Origin: an uncultured Ktedonobacterales bacterium
Lineage (GTDB): Bacteria; Chloroflexota; Ktedonobacteria; Ktedonobacterales; JADMIN01
Direction: 5' to 3'
Assembly (NCBI GenBank): GCA_964416775.1
Contig: CAYQFU010000001.1
Span: 22,882 to 82,263, forward strand
DNA: 59,382 nt
Shown in pieces: positions 45,475-53,374 of this stretch; the stretch's first letter is position 1; every line of letters begins with the position of its first letter. The position numbers and the translations under genes were made by a program. The notes below the pieces were generated by a model. The model worked only from the letters and a program-made list of their open reading frames with translations, was not told the DNA's origin and did not search any database.

Positions 45475-46866
45475 TCACGTCGCGCTCGTCGTGGAGCTCC
45501 CGGCCGAGCCAGCGTGGGACGGCACCACCAGCCGCCCGGCAGGCTCGCCCACGATCTCCCCGTCGCGGAATATTGTGCGCCCGCGCACGAGGGTGCGCAC
45601 GACACGGCCGCGCAACGTCCGACCCACGTAGGGACTATGCTGGTGACGGTAAAACAGGTCGTGGGGTTCCACGAGCAAGTGAGCCGCCAGATCCACGAGC
45701 GCGAGATCGGCGTCGGCGCCGACGGCCAGGCGACCCTTGTGCGGCGGCAGGTCAAACCGGCGTGCCACATTGGCGGAGGTGAGCGCGGCGATGCGGTCGA
45801 GCGGCAGATCGCGCGCCGCGTGGCCCTCGGCGAGCAGCAGCGCCAGAAGATGCTGGCAGCCGGAGATGCCGCCCCAGACCTGGAAGAAGCTGGCGTCGCG
45901 CTTCATCGCGGGCGGGGCGGGTGAGTGATCGGAAGCCACGAACGAGATGGCGCCGGCACACAATTGGGTCCAGAGGGCGTCGCGCTCGTCCGCTGGACGC
46001 AGGGGCGGGGCACACTTGGCGACGGCACCCAGCCGCTCCACGTCCTCCTCGCAGAGGACCAGGTAGTGGGGACAGGTCTCGCACGTGACGTCCACCCCGC
46101 GCAGACGGGCCTCGGCGACCAACTGGACGCCGCGACCGGTGCTGACGTGGACGATGTGCAGGCGGCAGCCGGTCTCCGCGGCGAGGAGGATGGCGCGCTG
46201 GATGGCCTCCAGCTCGGCGACGACGGGACGGGAGGCGAGAAAGTCGCGGACGCCGGTGCGGCCGGCGGCGATGGCGCGGCGGGCGAGCCCACTGGTGATC
46301 TGATCGTTCTCGGCGTGGACGGCGACGAGCAGCCCCAGGCGCGCGGCCTGGCGCATGCCCTCGTAGAGGGTGAGGTCGTCGGCCATGGGGAAGTCGTCGA
46401 TGCCGCTGCTGGCCATGAAGGCTTTGACGCCGACGACGCCGCGCTCGGCCAGCTCGGGCAGACGCTCGACGTTGCCGGGCACGAGTCCGCCCCAGAGTGC
46501 GAAGTCCACCAGGGCGGACGAGCGCGCGGCAGCGTGCTTGAGGTCGAAGCTGGCGGCGTCCAGCGTGGGCGGGTGGGCGTTGAGGGGCATGTCGAAGAAG
46601 AGGGTGGTCCCACCGGCGGCCAGGGCCCGCGTGCCCGTGGCGAAGCCCTCCCACTCGGCGCGGCCTGGCTCGTTGAAATGGACGTGGGCATCGATGACGC
46701 CGGGGAAGACGTGCAGGCCGTGGGCGGCAATCTCCGCGCCGGAGGAGCCGGACAGCTCTGGCCCGATGGCGACGATGCGGCCGCCGGAGATGGCCAGGTC
46801 GGCCAGGGTGGCGCCGTCCTCGGTAACCAGCGTCCCGCCGCGCACGATCACATCGTAGGTGCTCAT
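45475..46866 (-). CDS. allB: allantoinase (cyclic amidohydrolase)
   Basis: 'VIDAHVHFNEPGRAEWEGFATGTRALAAGGTTLFFDMPLN', 'VKAFM', 'VAVHAEN', 'ASDHSP'. Start overlaps the stop of the upstream M20 gene (ATGA). Confidence 0.85.
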   Translation of the reverse strand: MSTYDVIVRGGTLVTEDGATLADLAISGGRIVAIGPELSGSSGAEIAAHGLHVFPGVIDAHVHFNEPGRAEWEGFATGTRALAAGGTTLFFDMPLNAHPPTLDAASFDLKHAAARSSALVDFALWGGLVPGNVERLPELAERGVVGVKAFMASSGIDDFPMADDLTLYEGMRQAARLGLLVAVHAENDQITSGLARRAIAAGRTGVRDFLASRPVVAELEAIQRAILLAAETGCRLHIVHVSTGRGVQLVAEARLRGVDVTCETCPHYLVLCEEDVERLGAVAKCAPPLRPADERDALWTQLCAGAISFVASDHSPAPPAMKRDASFFQVWGGISGCQHLLALLLAEGHAARDLPLDRIAALTSANVARRFDLPPHKGRLAVGADADLALVDLAAHLLVEPHDLFYRHQHSPYVGRTLRGRVVRTLVRGRTIFRDGEIVGEPAGRLVVPSHAGSAGSSTTSAT

Positions 46867-48110
46867 GGGTGTTGTCCTCGCTCCTCCGCCAAGAGCGCCA
46901 GGAAGCGCTCCAACACGGCGATGGCCACGGCGACGTCGGTCTGCGCGACGGCTTCCGCCGGATGGTGGCTGATGCCGCCGGCGCAGCGGACGAAGAGCAT
47001 GGCCACATCGGTGAGGCCAGACATGGGGACGGCGTCGTGGCCGGCACCGCTCGCCAGGCGAAATTCGGGAAAGCCCTCAGACGCGACGGCGCGCGCGAAC
47101 AGGTCCGCGAGGCGTGGGGCGCAGCGCACGGAGGGGTGCGATTGGAGCGGGCGCCAGTCCAGAGCGACACGGCGGGCCTGGGCGATGCCACGGGCACGCG
47201 CTTCGAGCGCGCGGCAGGCTTCTTCACGCGTGGCGTCGTCGGGGTGGCGGACATCCAGGCTGAGCGTGACGACCCCGGGGATGACGTTGCTCGCGCCCGG
47301 CGCCACGGTGAGCTGGCCGACGGTGGCCACCAGACCCTCCCGCTCGCGCGCCAGCCCCTCCACCGCCAGGACGAACGCACTCGCCGCCACCAGCGCATCG
47401 CGCCGCAAGGGATGGGGAACAGTGCCGGCGTGGCCCGCCTGACCGGTGAAGCGGACGTCCACGCGGCTCTGGCCCTGGATGGCTGAGACGACGCCGACGG
47501 GCAGGTCGCGCGCCTCCAGCACGGGGCCCTGCTCGATGTGCACTTCGCAGTAGCCGAGGAGGTCGTCGGGGCTGCGGTGGTCACCGGGCAGCGCGTCTGG
47601 ATCGCCGCCGAAGGCGCGCACGGCATCGGCGAGGGCGACACCATCGGGGTCGGCGAGGTCAAGGGTGTCGGGGGAGAAGCTGCCCGCGACGACGGCGCTG
47701 CCGAGGTAGGCGCTGTGGAAGCGCAGGCCCTCCTCGTCGGCGAATCCAAGCACCTCGATGGCGAAGGGCAGGTGGGCGCCGCGCGCGTGGAGGCGCTCGA
47801 CACAGGCCAGCGCGACGAGCACGCCGAGGGGGCCATCGTAGCGGCCGGCGTCGCGCACGGTGTCCAGGTGGGAGCCGAGGAGGAGGGTGGGCGCGCCAGG
47901 CTGGGCGGCGTCATAGCGGCCAATAACGTTGCCGATGTGGTCCTGGCGCACGGTCATGCCAGCGGCGCGCATCCAGCCGGTGACGGTGTCGTTCACCTGG
48001 CGCATGGCGGGCGTGCCATAGCGGCGGGTCAGCCGGTCGGGCTCCTCGCTGATGGCGCCGAGGATGTCGCAGCGCTGCATGACGGTGTGGGCGGCGGTGG
48101 TGGTGTCCAT
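46863..48110 (-). CDS. allC: M20-family allantoate amidohydrolase / N-carbamoyl-amino-acid amidohydrolase
   Basis: 'GNVIGRY', 'LLGSHLDTVRDAGRYDGPLGV', 'GQAGHAGTVP', 'SGAGHDA'. Confidence 0.8.
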   Translation of the reverse strand: MDTTTAAHTVMQRCDILGAISEEPDRLTRRYGTPAMRQVNDTVTGWMRAAGMTVRQDHIGNVIGRYDAAQPGAPTLLLGSHLDTVRDAGRYDGPLGVLVALACVERLHARGAHLPFAIEVLGFADEEGLRFHSAYLGSAVVAGSFSPDTLDLADPDGVALADAVRAFGGDPDALPGDHRSPDDLLGYCEVHIEQGPVLEARDLPVGVVSAIQGQSRVDVRFTGQAGHAGTVPHPLRRDALVAASAFVLAVEGLAREREGLVATVGQLTVAPGASNVIPGVVTLSLDVRHPDDATREEACRALEARARGIAQARRVALDWRPLQSHPSVRCAPRLADLFARAVASEGFPEFRLASGAGHDAVPMSGLTDVAMLFVRCAGGISHHPAEAVAQTDVAVAIAVLERFLALLAEERGQHP

Positions 48111-48115
48111 GGCGC

Positions 48116-48478
48116 TCAGCTCCCGCGATAGGTGCTATAGGCCCAGGGTGAGGTCAGCAGGGGCACGTGATAATGGGCGGTGGGGTCGGCCACGCCAAAG
48201 CGCACGACGACGCGATCCAGGAACGGCGGCGAGCTGACGGGGACGGACTGGGCGGCGAAGTAGTCGCCAACGGCGAAGATGAGCTCGTAGACGCCCGCGC
48301 TGAGCGCGCCTTCCGCCAGCAGAGGCGCGTCGGTGCGGCCGTCGCCATTGGTGCGCGTGGTCTTGAGCAGCACGCGGCTGGTATCGGCGCCGTCGAGCCG
48401 CCACAGCTCCAGCGCCATGCCGGCGGCGGGCCGGCCGTGGGCCGTATCGAGCACGTGTGTCGTCAGCCAGCCGGCCAT
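48116..48478 (-). CDS. uraH: 5-hydroxyisourate hydrolase (transthyretin-like)
   Basis: 120 aa. 'LTTHVLDTAHGRPAAG', 'HYHVPLLTSPWAYSTYRGS' C-terminal signature. Confidence 0.9.
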   Translation of the reverse strand: MAGWLTTHVLDTAHGRPAAGMALELWRLDGADTSRVLLKTTRTNGDGRTDAPLLAEGALSAGVYELIFAVGDYFAAQSVPVSSPPFLDRVVVRFGVADPTAHYHVPLLTSPWAYSTYRGS

Positions 48479-48520
48479 GTCACTCGCTCCTCTCTGCTGG
48501 GCGCCCGCTCGATGGATCGT

Positions 48521-49465
48521 CTACCCATTGCGTGTCATGGTGATCTTGATCAGGCCGAAGGCGGGGAAGGCGCTGCTGTACACCTTCACCTTCTCGTCCT
48601 CGCGCGAGACGGCCATGGGGTCAGGCGTGCGGTTCTGTCCCTCGAACGAGACCTCCGCGAGCTGGGGGAAGCGGGTGAGGAGCCGGGTGCCCATCTCGTG
48701 GGTGAGGTGCTGGATGGATTCGCTGACGAACTCGTGGAAGACGACGCGGACGAGGTCGCGAATCTGCTCGGGGGCGGCGTAGCGGGCGAGGTCAGGGGCG
48801 AGCATGCTGGTCGTGTCGGCGTAGCGCCAGTAGACGTCCAGGGCGATGAAGAGGGGGCGGTCGCCGCGCTCGGGGAGGGTGGTGTACTGGTCGCGGACGA
48901 AGCGGGTGAAGGCGCTGCCGGTGACTTTGAGGAGCTGCATGCCGACGCGGCCGCAGCGATGGCCGATGATAACGGCGTCCTGCCCATCGCGGATCATCTC
49001 CAGGACGGCGAGGGCGTAGTCGTCGTGGGTGCGCTGGAAGAGGACGCCGCTGGGTATGAAGTCGCGGCTGCCGGATGAGGCGGGGACGGGCGCGGGGGCG
49101 AAGGGCAATTCGCGGCCGGTGAGGCGCAGGCGCTCCATCTGGGGATAGGTGGCGAGGAAGCGCTGGCCGAGGTGATCGAGGAAGCCCTCCAGGGTGGCGC
49201 CGTCGTACGCCAGGGCCTGCTGGAAGACGAAGTTCTTCATGCTGTCGGTGGCGACGACACTGGAGTTGTCGCCGACGGTGTAGGCGGGGAGGAAGTTGTC
49301 GCCGAAGACTTCGACATCGATCTCGGCGGCGAAGAGGATGTTCTGGCGGCCCGTGAAGGGCGATTCAGGGATGGGCGTGAGGCCGCGCATGGGCTGACCA
49401 TACGCCCGATAGAATGGGACCTGGAGCTTGCCGTAGCTGATCTGGTACGTGTAGTCGGGGGTCAT
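48521..49465 (-). CDS. factor-independent urate oxidase
   Basis: 314 aa from ATG 49465 (GGGAG 8 nt upstream). 'ISYGKLQVPFYRAY', 'VVATDSMKNFV', 'NILFAAEIDVEVFG'. The upstream 224 in-frame codons of ORF 48521..50137 are Pro/Arg/Ser junk. Confidence 0.85.
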   Translation of the reverse strand: MTPDYTYQISYGKLQVPFYRAYGQPMRGLTPIPESPFTGRQNILFAAEIDVEVFGDNFLPAYTVGDNSSVVATDSMKNFVFQQALAYDGATLEGFLDHLGQRFLATYPQMERLRLTGRELPFAPAPVPASSGSRDFIPSGVLFQRTHDDYALAVLEMIRDGQDAVIIGHRCGRVGMQLLKVTGSAFTRFVRDQYTTLPERGDRPLFIALDVYWRYADTTSMLAPDLARYAAPEQIRDLVRVVFHEFVSESIQHLTHEMGTRLLTRFPQLAEVSFEGQNRTPDPMAVSREDEKVKVYSSAFPAFGLIKITMTRNG

Positions 49466-49614
49466 CGCCACGCTCCCTCTCTCGTCGCGCGCGGGCACTG
49501 GCCGTCCTGTGCGACGTGACGCCGCCCATGGGCGCAGTGGGTCAAGCGGTGCATCGGCTGCCTGTGGACTCCAGTATACACGGCGATCCTGTCTCCCAGC
49601 CTCTCCCCGCCGCG

Positions 49615-49701
49615 ACGGAGAGGGGAGGGGACGGAGTGACACGGAGGGCATGGAGGGAACACGGAGGACACGGAGGGAACACGGAGGTGGTGGTGGTGGT
49701 G
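49615..49701. repeat. irregular tandem array of ACGGAGG-type units followed by a (GGT)n tract
   Basis: Plus-strand ACGGAG/ATGGAG units begin at 49615, 49631, 49641, 49650, 49661, 49670 and 49681 (spacing 9-16 nt). They are followed by GGTGGTGGTGGTGGTG to 49701. The minus strand reads CTCCGTGTYC repeats. Confidence 0.85.
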
Positions 49702-49728
49702 AAGGGCGAGCGGGGTGGTAGCAGCCAG

Positions 49729-49849
49729 GCCGCGCAATTGAAGTTGCGCGGCTAACCCGCGGGGGCGAGATGGATGGTTGGCGAGGCTGGAGCCAGGGCA
49801 GAGAAGGGTGGCAGTCGTACCAGCCGCGCGACGCAGATCGATCGCGCGG
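49729..49849. other. two GC-rich hairpins in the uricase/SBP intergenic region
   Basis: GCCGCGCAA-ttgaag-TTGCGCGGC (49729-49752) and CCGCGCGA-N10-TCGCGCGG (49824-49849). Neither is followed by a U-tract. Confidence 0.6.
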
Positions 49850-50232
49850 GTAATTCGTGGGGGCACGGTGGTGGTGAGGCGAGGCGGGGGATCCGGGCGA
49901 ACGGCAAGGGCGCGCGAGAAGAAGGCATGCTTCTCGGTGAGATTCGCCAGTCCTGGCACGTAGTACGTAGAGAGAACACAGGCCGCTGGTGTGCGTACCT
50001 GCCCCCCGCGTTGGCGGACCGCACAGCGGACGGGACATGCGCTTGAACGGTTGCCATGATTGTGCAACGTCGTTCGCGGAGCAACGGCCTGGTGAATGGC
50101 AAAGGGGCCGGCGGTTGAAGCCGCGTCCAACGGCCAATGGGCGCGAGGGTGGCCTCTGGGAAGCGTCGGAGAAGCTACATGAGCGCTCATCTCGCCCGCG
50201 CTCTCGCCCAGCAACACGAAAGGAAGCTGTAT

Positions 50233-51975
50233 ATGGGTCTGCGTCCGCTCGTCCATGGCATTCGTGGCAGCCTCTGCGTGCTCATGCTGCTCGTCGCGGG
50301 CTGCGCCGTGCTAGGGCCGTCAGTCGTGCCTCATAGCCGTCCGACCGCGCAGATCTTCCGCGAAGCGCTTCCGACCAGCGGCTTCCCCACCCATCTCACT
50401 CTCGACCCCAACGTCGCCTTCGACGCGAACTCCTACACGGCGCTCAATCTGCTGTTCGATGGGTTGGTGACGCTCAACGGCGACATGACGGTGCGGCTCT
50501 GGGGCGCGCGCGGCATCGACGTCAGCCCCGACGGCCTCACCTACACCTTTTATCTCCGGTCCGGCCAGTTCTTCTCGGATGGCACGCCTGTTCGTCCCTC
50601 CGACTATGCCTACAGCATGAACCGCGCGCTCAATCCCTGCCTCGCCTCACAAGTGGCGTATCAGCACATGTACGCCATCGTGGACGCGTATACCTTCGCC
50701 AATGAAAACTGTCTGGGCGGTGGGATCACCGCTAAACCGGGCCAGACCGGTCCCGTCATCAAGACTCTCATCGGCGATTCGATTCTCCCCGACGACGGAG
50801 ACGGCACCCTCACCGTCAGGCTCCAGCAGCCCAGTGGGTACTTCCTCGCCGCGCTCGCCCATCCCGAGGCAGACGCGCTGGAAGCGAGCGTGGTCGGCAG
50901 CGACATCGCCAGCGTGAAGTGGACCAGTACGCTGAGCCCGGGCGCGACGGGCCGGGGCGGCAGCGGCATGTATTACGTGCGCTCGTGGGACCAGCAAGCC
51001 GGCCACCTGGTGCTCGCGCGCAATCCCCACTGGTGGGGGGTGAGCGCCGGCATGGCGCCCAGGCTCTCCGAGATCGAACTAACGGTGTTCCGTGATGCCG
51101 ATGCCGCCTACGCCGCCTACCAGGCGGGCAAGGTGGACGTCGCCATCCCCGCGATACAGGATCTTCCGCGCGTGATGCGCCTGCCTGACTATCACGAGAC
51201 GCCCGAGCTGGCGCTGTATTTCCTGGCGCTGAACTGGGCCGTCGCACCCTTCGACAATGCCGATGCCCGCCTCGCCTTCTGCCTGGCGATCAACCGCGAC
51301 GCCGTCAACCAGGACGTGTATGGCGGTGCCTGGCTGCCTACGTGGCACCTCGTGCCTCGCGGCATGCCCGGCTACGCACCCGGTCTCACCGGCCCCGACG
51401 GCGTCACCAGCACGGGCGGCGATGCCGCTCGCGCGCTGGCCCACTGGCAGGCGTATCTGGGCACGCTGCACGGCAAGGCGCCGCCTCCCATCACCTTCAC
51501 CTACCTTCCGGAAAGCACCAGCGAGCATGAGCTGGCTGGCGCGCTGCAGAAGCAGTGGCTCGCGCGAATCAACGTCATGGTGTCCATCGTCCCATTGGAC
51601 CTTCCGTTCATCAGCGGGCCTGCCGCCTACTACATCCACCAGGCGACCGTGTTCGAATGGTATGACGACTACCCGGACCCGCAGGATTTCCTCTCGCTCC
51701 TGGTCGAGACTGGCGTGCAGTACAATGCGGCACGTGCCAGTGTGCCCGCGGCCGATGCGTTGCTGCAACGCGCCGATGTCGCGCTCAACCCGGTCGAGCG
51801 CATGGCGCTCTACAATCAGGCGGAGCAGGTGCTCATCAACCAGGCGGCTCTCTGTCCTCTGCTGCAAGGCGTGGTGCGCTACCAGCTGCACACGTGGGTG
51901 CGCGGCTGGTCGCTGGACCCCGAAGGCATACCGGCGAACGACGCCTGGCTGGCGACGAGTATCGCCGCGCATTGA
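50233..51975 (+). CDS. family-5 (peptide/nickel-type) ABC solute-binding lipoprotein, paralog 1
   Basis: ATG at 50233 after AGGAAG. Lipobox 'LLVAGC'. 'SPDGLTYTFYLRSGQFFSDGTPVRPSDYAYSMNRALNPCLAS', 'TLIGDSI', 'CPLLQ'. Confidence 0.85.
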   Translation: MGLRPLVHGIRGSLCVLMLLVAGCAVLGPSVVPHSRPTAQIFREALPTSGFPTHLTLDPNVAFDANSYTALNLLFDGLVTLNGDMTVRLWGARGIDVSPDGLTYTFYLRSGQFFSDGTPVRPSDYAYSMNRALNPCLASQVAYQHMYAIVDAYTFANENCLGGGITAKPGQTGPVIKTLIGDSILPDDGDGTLTVRLQQPSGYFLAALAHPEADALEASVVGSDIASVKWTSTLSPGATGRGGSGMYYVRSWDQQAGHLVLARNPHWWGVSAGMAPRLSEIELTVFRDADAAYAAYQAGKVDVAIPAIQDLPRVMRLPDYHETPELALYFLALNWAVAPFDNADARLAFCLAINRDAVNQDVYGGAWLPTWHLVPRGMPGYAPGLTGPDGVTSTGGDAARALAHWQAYLGTLHGKAPPPITFTYLPESTSEHELAGALQKQWLARINVMVSIVPLDLPFISGPAAYYIHQATVFEWYDDYPDPQDFLSLLVETGVQYNAARASVPAADALLQRADVALNPVERMALYNQAEQVLINQAALCPLLQGVVRYQLHTWVRGWSLDPEGIPANDAWLATSIAAH

Positions 51976-52128
51976 GGCGTGTGCAACGGTGGAGGTACTG
52001 GGTGGGGAAGAGCGTGAACTATCGAGCCTCTCTTTATCTCGCGTGCGCGCAGCTCATACTTGCTACGATGTAGGGTTTGCTAAAATGTAGGGGTTCCGAG
52101 CAGAACGGCTTTTCCCAGGGAGGGACAC

Positions 52129-53079
52129 ATGATCCATCCACCCCAGGCTCTTCCAGCATCCAGGCACTTTCACCTCGAGCAATTGGCACAGGGCATCTAT
52201 GCCGCTCTTTCAATTGATGGAACCGGTTCGATGAGTAATGCGGGGATCATTGATCTGGGTGAGACGACCCTGATCTTTGATACCTTTGCCACTCCACAGG
52301 CCGCCCAGGATTTGCGCAGTGCCGCTGAACAGCTGATCGGACATCCCATTACGTATGTCGTCAATAGCCACAGGCATGGCGATCATTGGTGGGGCAATCA
52401 GGTCTTTCTCCCTGATGCCGATATCATCGCGACTGGAAAAACCCATGCGGATCTGCTCAAACACGTGGATATGAGCAAAGAGCAGATGCAGCGTGACCTG
52501 GAAGGCGAGATTCGAGAGCTGGAAGCCAAGCTGGCGAAAGAACAAGATGTGGAGAAGAGACACTCGCAGGCCAATGAGATCGCCACACGGCTCGAGATCT
52601 TGACGGCCATTCCCACATTTGAGACGACCATCCCCAATCTCACTTTCGAGCAACAACTCACCCTGCATGGCAGCAAAAGAAGCGTTGAAGTGCTTACGTA
52701 TGGCGGTGGCCACACGGCGAGTGATGCGTTTCTCTCTCTGCCTGACGACCAGATGCTTTTCATGGGTGATTTGCTTTTTGTGCGCACTCACCCCTGGATA
52801 GGCCATGGTAATCCCGAGGAGTGGCAGCGGATTCTGCAACGGGTTGAGCAGCTCAACTTCACGGTCGCCGTGCCTGGACACGGGCCGCTGGGAGGAAGGT
52901 CGGACCTGGCGCTGAACCGGCACTATCTTGCATCCCTTGTTGCGTTAGCCGAAGAGTGTATGAGCAAGGGTCTCTCCCTGGAAGAGGCAACCCAGACAAA
53001 ACTGCCAGCGCCTTTTGGGACGTGGGAAGGGGCTGAGATCTTCGATTGGAACATGGAGTTTCTCTACAGCAGGAAGTAG
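52129..53079 (+). CDS. metallo-beta-lactamase-fold hydrolase
   Basis: 316 aa, SD GGGAGGG. 'VVNSHRHGDHWWGN' (HxHxDH), 'GGGHTASD', 'VPGHGP'. Visibly lower G+C than its neighbours. Confidence 0.85.
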   Translation: MIHPPQALPASRHFHLEQLAQGIYAALSIDGTGSMSNAGIIDLGETTLIFDTFATPQAAQDLRSAAEQLIGHPITYVVNSHRHGDHWWGNQVFLPDADIIATGKTHADLLKHVDMSKEQMQRDLEGEIRELEAKLAKEQDVEKRHSQANEIATRLEILTAIPTFETTIPNLTFEQQLTLHGSKRSVEVLTYGGGHTASDAFLSLPDDQMLFMGDLLFVRTHPWIGHGNPEEWQRILQRVEQLNFTVAVPGHGPLGGRSDLALNRHYLASLVALAEECMSKGLSLEEATQTKLPAPFGTWEGAEIFDWNMEFLYSRK

Positions 53080-53374
53080 AAGACAACTCCTTACGGCGCT
53101 CGCATCCCGTAGGCGATGGGCCGGGTGGCCGGGCGGGGAGCTCAATCCGGTATAATCGTGCGAGGTGGGTGTACGCGAGGCAGGTGGCCTGATGGTCGCG
53201 CCTGGCGACCCTCGCGCGCTGCCAGCGTCAGTGATCCGAGGAGGGCTGGATGACCGGCGCCGGTGGAGGATGGCTGGCGTGGGCGGACGTCGGGGTCCTC
53301 GATCAGCACGGCCCAGCGGGGGGAAGAAAGGCTGGCGGGCGAGCCACCAGGCGCGGAGAAGAGGACGGAGCCGG

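Noticed and set aside
45752-47923. 723-aa minus-strand ORF (and the 505-aa plus-strand ORF at 45925..47442)
   Set aside because: These are alternative or antisense frames of the allantoinase and M20 amidohydrolase genes. The translations are Pro/Arg/Ala/Ser-rich with no motifs, whereas the chosen frames carry DAHVH and GSHLDTV signatures.
49615-49701. Possible CRISPR array
   Set aside because: The units are only ~7-11 nt, irregularly spaced and without unique spacers of 25-40 nt. No cas genes are present in the window. This is a short tandem or iteron-like repeat instead.
49466-50137. 224-codon N-terminal extension of the uricase ORF
   Set aside because: It is Pro/Arg/Ser-rich with no similarity to uricases and passes through the repeat array. 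A proper ATG with GGGAG 8 nt upstream at 49465 gives a normal ~314-aa uricase.
52210-52923. 237-aa minus-strand ORF within the low-GC segment
   Set aside because: It is antisense to the MBL-fold gene, which carries the HxHxDH motif and a strong SD. No motifs are present on the minus frame.
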